Below, in pieces: positions 13,708 through 21,278 of a stretch of 25,935 bases of DNA (positions are counted from its first letter, which is position 1; every line of letters starts with the position of its first letter). The translations under genes were made by a program, and so were the position numbers. The notes under the pieces are model-generated. The model was given only the letters and a program-made list of their open reading frames with translations. It searched no databases and was not told the DNA's origin. Location: NCBI GenBank assembly GCA_049322615.1, contig JBMORX010000004.1:1-25935 (forward strand), written 5' to 3'. The DNA comes from Patescibacteria group bacterium. GTDB lineage: Bacteria; Patescibacteriota; Microgenomatia; CAYGWK01.

Positions 13708-14858
13708 AAGCTGTAATTATCATTCCCACTTATAACGAGCGAGAAAATATTGGAAAATTGATTGAAATACTAGAAGAGGTTTTTAAAAGGGCAAAGGGTT
13801 GGGAGATGGGAATTTTGGTGGTTGATGGGAATTCTCCCGATGGAACAGCTAAGATAGTAGAGGAAAAAGCTAAGCAATTTCCTAATGTCAAACTTCTTTT
13901 AGAAGAAAAAAAAGGTGGTTTGGGGGCGGCTTATCTTCGAGGAATGGATTATGCCTTTAAACATTTAGGAGCTGATTTGGCGTTTGAGTTTGATGCCGAT
14001 TTTTCCCATGATCCCCAAAAAATTCCTGAATTCTTAGAAAAGGTTGATCAAGGGGCGGATTTTGTCCTTGGTTCCCGCTATATCAAAGGCGGTTCGATAC
14101 CAGCCAATTGGGGTCTACATCGGAAGTTTTTAAGTGTGATAGGTAACTTGGTAATTAATCTGGTGATGTTGAGTTTTTCCCCTCGAGACTGGACAACGGG
14201 TTATCGGGCGATTAGAAAATGGGTTTATGAAAAGATAAAAGACAGAATTGATGAATTTAGGGGCTATACCTTTCAAATTTGTTTTTTATACAATGCCCGA
14301 CGTGTTGGAGCAAAAATTGCCGAAGTCCCTATCCATTTCGTTGACAGGGAAAAAGGGAAATCAAAAATGCCGGGAATAGAATATATGGCTCATACTTTAT
14401 TTTTTATCATCAAGAGTCGTTTGCTAGAAATTTTGACTCCTCGTTTTCTGAAATTTGCGGTCGTTGGGTTTGTCGGTTACTTAATTAATGCGGTTGGTTT
14501 GGAGTTTTTTTACCGCTTAGGAGTTCGTCCTGGTCCAGCAGCGGCTTTGGGAGCAGAACTGGCAATAATTTCTAATTTTACTTTAAACAATCTTTGGACC
14601 TTTGCGGAAAAGCAAATTTCGGGTCTTAAAAACATTCTTTGGAAATTTTTCCAGTTTAATCTGACCTCGTTTGGGGCGGTTATAATTCAGGGGGTGGTGG
14701 TTGGAGTTTTAGCTTTTCTCTTTGGCGATGCCTGGCGGCAGATTTATTTAGTTATTGCCATTGGTTTCTTCGTTTTCCCTTATAATTATTCAATGTACAA
14801 TATCTTCATCTGGAAAACCTGGAAGCTATCATGGTTAAAGGGTAAAGGAGGTTGGTGA
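13704..14858 (+). CDS. GT2 polyprenyl-phosphate glycosyltransferase (Dpm1/GtrB-like) fused to a C-terminal GtrA-like domain
   Basis: IIIPTYNERENI, VVDGNSPDGT and FDADFSH are GT2 blocks. The C-terminal FLKFAVVGFVGYLINAVGLEFFY...ISNFTLNNLWTF is GtrA-like. ATGA overlap with ugd. Confidence 0.85.
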   Translation: MKAVIIIPTYNERENIGKLIEILEEVFKRAKGWEMGILVVDGNSPDGTAKIVEEKAKQFPNVKLLLEEKKGGLGAAYLRGMDYAFKHLGADLAFEFDADFSHDPQKIPEFLEKVDQGADFVLGSRYIKGGSIPANWGLHRKFLSVIGNLVINLVMLSFSPRDWTTGYRAIRKWVYEKIKDRIDEFRGYTFQICFLYNARRVGAKIAEVPIHFVDREKGKSKMPGIEYMAHTLFFIIKSRLLEILTPRFLKFAVVGFVGYLINAVGLEFFYRLGVRPGPAAALGAELAIISNFTLNNLWTFAEKQISGLKNILWKFFQFNLTSFGAVIIQGVVVGVLAFLFGDAWRQIYLVIAIGFFVFPYNYSMYNIFIWKTWKLSWLKGKGGW

Positions 14859-14888
14859 TGCAGCGCGTTAGGGATCGGTCGGTAGGAA

Positions 14889-14940
14889 ACGTAACCCATC
14901 GACTTAACCGTACCGCGCAATCTCACCTTAACCGATTTAC
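14889..14940 (+). repeat. left direct repeat flanking the four-helix-bundle gene
   Basis: acgtaacccatcgACTTAACCGTACCGCGCaatctcaccttaaccgatttac. The 17-nt core at 14902-14918 is identical to 15380-15396. Confidence 0.75.
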
Positions 14941-14968
14941 GAATCCCTTTAAAGTGTGGGGGTACCAT

Positions 14969-15385
14969 ATGGGAGAAAAACCTAGAATAGTTAGTTTTAA
15001 AGACCTGGAAGTTTATCAGAATACTTATAAGGCGGGAATTATTGTGATGAAGAGAATTGTTCCAAAACTTCCTGATTCGGAGAAGTACGATCTTAAAGAT
15101 CAACTTTCTCGTTCCGTAAAAGCAATTCCTCGTTTAATCGCCGAAGGATACGGCAAGCGCCATCAAAGGTCAGGTTTTCAGAAATATTTAGATGACGCTA
15201 TTTCCGAATGTAACGAAACAGTGGTAAGTTTGGAACAATGCCGAGACATCTACGATATAGAGCCAGAACTTTGTGGAGAATTAGTTAATGTTTATGACAA
15301 ATCTGCGCGTCAATTATTTAAATTAGCTGAAGCTTGGGATAAATTTAAAGATCGCCGTCGCCAGCGACGTAACCAAACTACTTAA
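14969..15385 (+). CDS. four-helix-bundle protein (23S rRNA intervening-sequence protein / Avd family)
   Basis: FKDLEVYQNTYKAGIIVMKRIVPKLPDSEKYDLKDQLSRSVKAIPRLIAEGYGKRH...YLDDAISECNET matches the TIGR02436/PF05635-type family. ATG 14969 (G-rich SD 7 nt upstream) is preferred over the track's 14852. Confidence 0.8.
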   Translation: MGEKPRIVSFKDLEVYQNTYKAGIIVMKRIVPKLPDSEKYDLKDQLSRSVKAIPRLIAEGYGKRHQRSGFQKYLDDAISECNETVVSLEQCRDIYDIEPELCGELVNVYDKSARQLFKLAEAWDKFKDRRRQRRNQTT

Positions 15386-15430
15386 CCGTACCGCGCTGCT
15401 TCACCTTCACCGAAACCATAACCGATTCAC
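15367..15430 (+). repeat. right direct repeat flanking the four-helix-bundle gene
   Basis: acgtaaccaaactACTTAACCGTACCGCGCtgcttcaccttcaccgaaaccataaccgattcac. It spans from the cassette stop (15383-15385) to the stop of the minus-strand GT-C gene (15427-15429). Confidence 0.75.
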
Positions 15431-16629
15431 AAATATGGTGTCCAGTCGGCGACTGGGGCAGTGTTGTGAAGAATAAAGTTAATGGCGTAAAGATAGATTG
15501 GGATTAGAATAAAGAAGAAAGCGATTTTGAATTCTTTTTTCTCTAAGAAAGGCGAGAAGGCGAGAAGGTAAAAGGGTGCCAGCGGTAGACTATAGCGAGA
15601 TAAATCACGGTGGGCGACAAACAAGGTAGCGGTAAAAAATACCAGGGCAAAAGTAGCTAAATCATAAAGTTTTTGTTTAAATAATAAAACCACGGTTAAA
15701 GCCCCAAAAAGATAAATAAAAATCATATCTTCAAGCCAAAAGTCTCCTAGCCAATTTCTGCCGGTAACAAATGACTGGAGAGGTGGAAAAACTAGGTGGA
15801 AATTATCGCCCGAGTGAAAATAAGCCAGAAAATCACCGGTTTGAATTTTATAGAACCAAAAAACAGGGAGGATAGAAAGAGGAATTAGGAATAAGGGTAG
15901 GAGGTTAAACCAGGTTATCTTGTGACACAAACAGACGCTATAGCGTGATTTTGTGTCAGTGGGGCGATGGTTTAAATAATGGTAGCCTAGGTAAATAAGA
16001 TAAGCGACAAAAAGTAAAATTCCCGGAGTTTTAGTTATCTGGGCAATGGCGCCAAAAAGCCCAGCCAGGAAAAAGTCAAGAGTAACGCTTTTATATTTTA
16101 AAAAAAGATTGCTTTCTTTTTTTTCAAAAGCGCTTTTGAAAAAATAAAATGAGGCTAAAATAGCAAAAATAAAAAGAGGTTCGGGTGAGCCAATTGAGCG
16201 GACAACCAGCCAGCGAGCAGGAAGAAAAAGAAATAAGAGAGAAAGAAAGAAGGACGAGGCAGGAGTGGAGAGATTAAATTTCTTGACAAATAAATAAAAC
16301 ATCGAGACCGCCAAAATAGTCGTAAACAGAGTTACTGAAAGCATCGCCCAGGTGCCAGGAAGAAAAAGGTTAAAAAACTTGATAAGTAAGGGATAACCTG
16401 GAAGATGGGCTGGATAATATTCAAGGGGAAGTGGCAAAGAAAAAGAAGTTCCGATTAAAGTCTTATTGTACAAAGTTTTAGCCACAATAATATAATTTGG
16501 ACCATCATAATTGGCAAAAACGGAAAGCATCCCCTTGCCTAGTCCTAAAGAAAAAGGAAACCAGACCAGAAGAGTGGAAAAGATAGTAGTAAGACCTAGG
16601 AGTAAAAGATCTTTTGCGGTTTTCCTCAT
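15427..16629 (-). CDS. polytopic membrane protein, putative GT-C glycosyltransferase (PIG-V/PMT-like)
   Basis: At least 10 hydrophobic helices, with ANYDGPNYIIVAKTLY in the first external loop. ATG 16629 (MRKTAKDLLLLG...) is preferred over the track's 16794 because a -10-like TACAAT lies 6 nt upstream. Confidence 0.7.
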   Translation of the reverse strand: MRKTAKDLLLLGLTTIFSTLLVWFPFSLGLGKGMLSVFANYDGPNYIIVAKTLYNKTLIGTSFSLPLPLEYYPAHLPGYPLLIKFFNLFLPGTWAMLSVTLFTTILAVSMFYLFVKKFNLSTPASSFFLSLLFLFLPARWLVVRSIGSPEPLFIFAILASFYFFKSAFEKKESNLFLKYKSVTLDFFLAGLFGAIAQITKTPGILLFVAYLIYLGYHYLNHRPTDTKSRYSVCLCHKITWFNLLPLFLIPLSILPVFWFYKIQTGDFLAYFHSGDNFHLVFPPLQSFVTGRNWLGDFWLEDMIFIYLFGALTVVLLFKQKLYDLATFALVFFTATLFVAHRDLSRYSLPLAPFYLLAFSPFLEKKEFKIAFFFILIPIYLYAINFILHNTAPVADWTPYL

Positions 16630-16800
16630 GACCTTATTGTATACCACTCTGTTTTGATTTTGCAAAAAGTGGTATATACCTACCGTAGCTTTCAAATGAG
16701 AGTTTGGTTTGACTTTCCAATCAAAACTACTTTCCAAAATCAAAACTCCGTTAGGTATAACCCCTTGCAATTTGAAAGCAGAGGGGTATAGCACAAAATA

Positions 16801-16809
16801 TGATATAAT
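16801..16809 (+). promoter_or_regulatory. extended -10 (TGaTATAAT), 11 nt upstream of ATG 16821
   Basis: Read directly from the sequence. Confidence 0.5.
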
Positions 16810-16820
16810 TTTCTAGAAAG

Positions 16821-17519
16821 ATGGAAAAATTACCCGAGTTGTCTGTTTTTTTTCCTGCCTATAACGAGGAAAAAAATATCAAGGAAACAGTTTCCAAAGC
16901 CACTAAAATTTTACCAAAAATAGCCTCAAAATACGAAATTATTATCGTTGATGATGGCTCAACTGATAAAACCGGAGAAATTGCCGATAAAATTGCCAAA
17001 GATAATAAATCTGTTAGGGTGGTTCATCATCATCCGAACCGAGGCTATGGGGCGGCTTTAAAATCTGGTTTTTCAAAAAGTCGATACTCCTGGGTAGCCT
17101 TTACCGACGCCGATGGTCAATTTGATTTTTCAGAAATTGAGAACTTTTTGCCTCTTACTAGAAAAGCCGATCTTATCTTGGGATACCGAATAAAAAGGGC
17201 TGATTCGATTGTGAGGAGGATTTACACTTTTGGTTGGTTTGCAATCGCCCGGCTTCTTTTAGGATTGGATGTTAAAGATTATTCTTGCGGCTTTAAATTG
17301 ATAAAAAAAGAAGTTTTTGAGGCGGTTCAACCACTTGAAGGCGAGGAGAAGGTAACCCAAATTGAGCTTTTGGTAAAAGCAGAACGTCTTGGATTTAAGT
17401 TTGCCGAAGTTGGTGTTTCCCATTATCCCAGAAAATTTGGTCAGCAAACGGGAGCTAATTTGAAAGTCGTGGCTAAAAGCATTATTGATCTGGTTAAACT
17501 TTGGCAGAAGTTAAGATGA
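16821..17519 (+). CDS. GT2 family glycosyltransferase (polyprenyl-phosphate hexosyl synthase-like, GtrB/ArnC type)
   Basis: SVFFPAYNEEKNI, IIVDDGSTDKT and FTDADGQF; 232 aa. Confidence 0.9.
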   Translation: MEKLPELSVFFPAYNEEKNIKETVSKATKILPKIASKYEIIIVDDGSTDKTGEIADKIAKDNKSVRVVHHHPNRGYGAALKSGFSKSRYSWVAFTDADGQFDFSEIENFLPLTRKADLILGYRIKRADSIVRRIYTFGWFAIARLLLGLDVKDYSCGFKLIKKEVFEAVQPLEGEEKVTQIELLVKAERLGFKFAEVGVSHYPRKFGQQTGANLKVVAKSIIDLVKLWQKLR

Positions 17520-19039
17520 TGAAAGAAATTTTCCGTAAATGGCGGGCGTATCTGCCTATTTTTATAATTCTTCTGATTGCTTCAATTTTGCGATTATACC
17601 GAATCTCTGACTATATGACTTTTTTGGGAGATGAAGGAAGGGATGCGCTTGTGTGGTTGCGAATGGTTAGGGATGGGAAATTCACTTTAATAGGACCAAT
17701 GACATCGATTGGTAATATGTATTTAGGGCCACTGTATTATTATTTAATGCTTCCATTTTTCGTTTTATTTTTCTTGAGCCCCGTTGGTCCGGCAGTCGGG
17801 GTAGCCCTCTTTTCCTTAGCGACAATTTTCCTGCTCTGGTGGATAGGGAGAAAGTGGTTTGATGAAAAAGTGGGATTAATTGCCGCCCTTCTCTACGCAA
17901 TTTCGCCGGTGGTAATTATTTACTCCCGTTCTTCTTGGAATCCTAATGTCATGCCATTTTTCTCACTTTTGACAATTTGGGGAGTTTGGCAGTTTTGGCA
18001 AAAGGGAAATTTCTTTTGGCTTCCTGGAGTGGGAATTACTTTATCATTTGCTCTTCAGTCTCACTATTTGGGTCTTTTACTTATTCCTGTTGTTTTGGCC
18101 TTTCAGACAGTTACCCTCTTGAATCTCTTTAAAAAAAAGCAAGAACTTAAAAAATTTATTTTGCTATTTGCTATTTGCTATTTGCTATTTGCTATTTTAA
18201 CCATTCTCCCATTGGTTTGGTTTGATCTTCGCCACAATTTTTTGAATTACCAATCTTTCCATAAATTTTTTACAGAAAGGCAAACAACCGTTAACTTGAA
18301 AATATACAAAGCCATTCCCAATCTTTGGCCGTTGTGGGAAATGATGGTAACGAGGTTACTGGTGGCCAAGGAAATTGTCTGGGGCAAGATAACGGCGCTA
18401 GGTTTAATCCTGGGAGCAGTTCTTTTCCTTTGGAGGTCCGACCTCCTAAGAGGTCGGACCTCTTCAGGCAGAAGAGCTCTGGTTTTAATTTTAACCTGGT
18501 TGGTGGTGGGCTTTTTGGGAATGGGACTTTACAAACAACATATTTATGATCACTATTTTGGTTTTCTTTTCCCAGCCTTGTTTCTTTTGGCTGGCGTAGT
18601 TTTAGGAGAACTCTTAAGTCAGAAAAAAATTAGGAAAGTCGCCTTTGTCATTTGTTTATTGTTATTGGTTATCCTCAATTTTAAAAACTCTCCCTTGAGA
18701 GATCCGCCCAATTTTCAACTGAAGAGAGTTCGGGAAGTTGATCAAAAGATAATGGTTGAATCGGAAAATTTGCCCTTTAATTTGGGTTTAATTGCTAAAC
18801 AAAACTATGACGCAGGCTATAGCTTTTTCCTGGAGCTCTGGCGAAGAAAGCCGGTGGCAATTGAACCACTCAAGGCTAAGGAGACGATTACCGGGCAACT
18901 CTTTGTTATTTGCGAAGACCCAGTTTGTGAACCAATAAACCATCCAAAAGCGGAAATTGCCAATTTTGGTTGGAGTAGAATCGATAAGGAGTGGGAAATA
19001 GCTGGAGTTAAATTATTCAAATTAGTCCATACCCAATGA
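17516..19039 (+). CDS. GT-C membrane glycosyltransferase (ArnT/PMT_2-like)
   Basis: ATGA overlap with the upstream GT2 gene. TM1 is followed by FLGDEGRDALVWLRMVRDGKF (acidic loop). Many TM helices plus a C-terminal soluble domain. Confidence 0.85.
   Translation: MMKEIFRKWRAYLPIFIILLIASILRLYRISDYMTFLGDEGRDALVWLRMVRDGKFTLIGPMTSIGNMYLGPLYYYLMLPFFVLFFLSPVGPAVGVALFSLATIFLLWWIGRKWFDEKVGLIAALLYAISPVVIIYSRSSWNPNVMPFFSLLTIWGVWQFWQKGNFFWLPGVGITLSFALQSHYLGLLLIPVVLAFQTVTLLNLFKKKQELKKFILLFAICYLLFAILTILPLVWFDLRHNFLNYQSFHKFFTERQTTVNLKIYKAIPNLWPLWEMMVTRLLVAKEIVWGKITALGLILGAVLFLWRSDLLRGRTSSGRRALVLILTWLVVGFLGMGLYKQHIYDHYFGFLFPALFLLAGVVLGELLSQKKIRKVAFVICLLLLVILNFKNSPLRDPPNFQLKRVREVDQKIMVESENLPFNLGLIAKQNYDAGYSFFLELWRRKPVAIEPLKAKETITGQLFVICEDPVCEPINHPKAEIANFGWSRIDKEWEIAGVKLFKLVHTQ
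18161..18197 (+). repeat. perfect heptanucleotide tandem repeat (TTGCTAT) x5 inside the coding sequence
   Basis: ttgctat ttgctat ttgctat ttgctat ttgctat tt encodes LLFAICYLLFAIL. Confidence 0.95.
18433..18462. repeat. perfect 13-bp GC-rich inverted repeat with a 4-nt loop inside the coding sequence
   Basis: GAGGTCCGACCTC-ctaa-GAGGTCGGACCTC encodes WRSDLLRGRTSS. Confidence 0.95.
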
Positions 19040-20514
19040 GATCGTTTAAAAATTGGTTGCAGAATCACCTAACTTATTGTTTGTTGGCAGTTATTTTGGT
19101 GGCTGCCCTTTTTTTACGAATTTATAAACTCGACCAACTTTTGGGTTTTTACTATGACCAAGGACGCGATGCCTTGGTTGTCTGGCGACTAATCCACGAA
19201 GGAAAGTTTTTCCTTGTGGGTCCGGTGACGGGGATTGAGGGAGTTTTTTTGGGACCGTTTTATTATTATTTGATTGCCCCTTTTTATTTTCTTGGTGGAG
19301 GATCTCCAGTTTTTGTCGCCGCAGTTTTGAATCTTTTCTCTGTTTTCGGTATTTACCTACTTTATCTAGTAGCTAAAGAATTCTTTGATAGAAAAGTGGC
19401 TGTTTTAGGGTCGTTTTTTGTTGCCTTTTCTTATAGTCTTGTTGTTTTTTCTCGCTGGTTGTCTCATCCTCCACTTTTGCCTACCTTTAGTCTACTAATC
19501 ATTTATGCTTTTTTGCAGATTTATCGAGGGCAAGAAAAATGGTGGTTAGGGGTTGGGCTTATTGAGGGCTTATGTTTACAACTTGAGGCGGCTGCTGCCG
19601 TTTTTTTCCTTCCTACGATTTTGATTTTTTATTTTTGGCAAAGAAAAAGAACAAATTTTCTAATAATTGCCGCTTCCTTGTTGCTCTTTTTGTTAACTTT
19701 GGCTCCCCAAATTATTTTTAACTGGCGCCACCAAGGAATTCTTCAAGAGACTTTTCGAAAATTTTTGGTGAGTGAAAAAAGTTTTTCTCTACCACTTTTT
19801 GAGTTAGCAAGACAGCGACTGGTTACTTATTTTGATGTTTCCTTTTCTAGGTTTTTTTATGCCCAAAAAAACTTAAGTATTGTCTGGTTTTTGACTTTAT
19901 TGGTTTTAGGATTTTTGAAAAGAAGAGAAATTTTTACTGGAGAAAGGAGAATACTTGCGTTTTGGCTTTTAGTGCCATTGGCTGGCTATCTTTTCTACCA
20001 AGGAAACTATGGATATTTCTGGGATTATTATCTTTCTGGGGTCTGGTTAGTGTTTATTATTTTGGTTGCCTTTTTGCTTGTGAGTTTTTGGCCAAAAATT
20101 TGGGGAAAGTTAATATTTTTCCTGTTTTTGGCATCTTTTCTTTACGTCAATTTCGCCCAGTTTTTAATTTATTATCGAATAGGAATTGGGATTATTCTTC
20201 GTGATCAACTCGCGGCTATCGATTGGATTTATCAGGATGCCAAAAGTACGGATTTTAATGTTGATATTTATGTGCCGCCAGTGATCCCTTATGCTTATGA
20301 CTATTTATTCAAGTGGTATGGAACCGGGAAGCACGGTCAAGAACCGCTAGAGAAAAGGACGTCGCTTTTGTATACTTTATACGAGATTGACTCATCCCAT
20401 CCAGAAAGACTGGAGTCCTGGCTTACTAGGCAAAAAGGAATTGGGAAAACAATTTATGAGAAGTCATTTGGTGGAGTAACGGTCCAAAGGCGTGAAAGGA
20501 TGGAGTCAAAGTGA
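19036..20514 (+). CDS. GT-C membrane glycosyltransferase, tandem paralog of 17516-19039
   Basis: ATGA overlap. YYDQGRDALVVWRLIHEGKFFLVGPVTGIEGVFLGPFYYYL parallels FLGDEGRDALVWLRMVRDGKFTLIGPMTSIGNMYLGPLYYYL in the upstream gene. Confidence 0.85.
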   Translation: MRSFKNWLQNHLTYCLLAVILVAALFLRIYKLDQLLGFYYDQGRDALVVWRLIHEGKFFLVGPVTGIEGVFLGPFYYYLIAPFYFLGGGSPVFVAAVLNLFSVFGIYLLYLVAKEFFDRKVAVLGSFFVAFSYSLVVFSRWLSHPPLLPTFSLLIIYAFLQIYRGQEKWWLGVGLIEGLCLQLEAAAAVFFLPTILIFYFWQRKRTNFLIIAASLLLFLLTLAPQIIFNWRHQGILQETFRKFLVSEKSFSLPLFELARQRLVTYFDVSFSRFFYAQKNLSIVWFLTLLVLGFLKRREIFTGERRILAFWLLVPLAGYLFYQGNYGYFWDYYLSGVWLVFIILVAFLLVSFWPKIWGKLIFFLFLASFLYVNFAQFLIYYRIGIGIILRDQLAAIDWIYQDAKSTDFNVDIYVPPVIPYAYDYLFKWYGTGKHGQEPLEKRTSLLYTLYEIDSSHPERLESWLTRQKGIGKTIYEKSFGGVTVQRRERMESK

Positions 20515-21269
20515 ATCCCTATCTTTCAGTCATTATACCTTGTTATAACGAAGAGGATAACCTTAAAAGGGGTGTTCTTCTTGAGGTGGAAAACTTTTTG
20601 ACTAGGCAGCCTTACGAAAGTGAAGTCATTGTTTCAGACGATGGTTCCCTAGATGGAAGTTTAGAGTTGGTAGAGGCTTTTGTCAAAAAACATCCAAGGT
20701 TTAGACTTCTTAAAAATCCTCATAAGGGAAAACCATTCGCCGTTTTCGCCGGAGTGATAGTGGCTCAAGGAGAGATTACCCTTTTTACCGATATGGACCA
20801 GTCAGCTCCAATTTCTGAAATTGATAAACTTTTGCCCCATTTTCAGCAGGGATTCCAGGTAGTCATTGGCTCCCGAGGAAAAGAGCGGAAGAGATTTTCT
20901 TATTACAGAAAAATTATCTCTTGGGGATTTCGTTTTGCCAGAAGATTAGTTTTTCTTCGGGGAATTATCGATACCCAATGTGGATTTAAAGCTTTTAAAA
21001 CTGATGCAGGGAAAAAAATTTTTGAAAAAATGCAAATTTTCAAAGAGAAGGGAAAAGCAGCAGGCTGGAAAGTTGGAGCTTGGGATGTTGAGTTTTTATT
21101 TGTGGCGGAAAAACTAGGATATAGGACAAAAGAAGTTCCCGTCTCCTGGGAAGATAAAGACATAGCCGCAGGAAAGAAAAGAAATTTTCTTAAAGAGTCA
21201 AAAGAAATGCTTTTTGAAATTCTAAGAGTAAAACTGAATGATTTGAAAGGGAAATACGATACAAATTAA
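20511..21269 (+). CDS. GT2 family glycosyltransferase (polyprenyl-phosphate glycosyl synthase-like)
   Basis: GTGA overlap plus SD GGATGGAG. SVIIPCYNEEDNL, IVSDDGSLDGS and FTDMDQS. Confidence 0.9.
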   Translation: MNPYLSVIIPCYNEEDNLKRGVLLEVENFLTRQPYESEVIVSDDGSLDGSLELVEAFVKKHPRFRLLKNPHKGKPFAVFAGVIVAQGEITLFTDMDQSAPISEIDKLLPHFQQGFQVVIGSRGKERKRFSYYRKIISWGFRFARRLVFLRGIIDTQCGFKAFKTDAGKKIFEKMQIFKEKGKAAGWKVGAWDVEFLFVAEKLGYRTKEVPVSWEDKDIAAGKKRNFLKESKEMLFEILRVKLNDLKGKYDTN

Positions 21270-21278
21270 AAATTAAAA

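Noticed and set aside
14889-15430. Possible DGR template/variable repeat pair, because an Avd-family four-helix-bundle gene lies between two related repeats.
   Set aside because: The repeats are only about 50-60 nt. The mismatches are not restricted to adenine positions (for example G/T and AATC/TGCT differences plus a 12-nt indel). Neither copy lies in the 3' end of a target ORF in a consistent frame. No reverse transcriptase is in the window.
18131-18138. Homopolymer runs in glycosylation genes considered as phase-variation tracts: A8 here, T8 at 16846-16853, and T8 near 16115 on the plus strand.
   Set aside because: Runs of 7-8 A/T are expected by chance in AT-rich DNA. They are shorter than typical contingency homopolymers and are not specifically placed.
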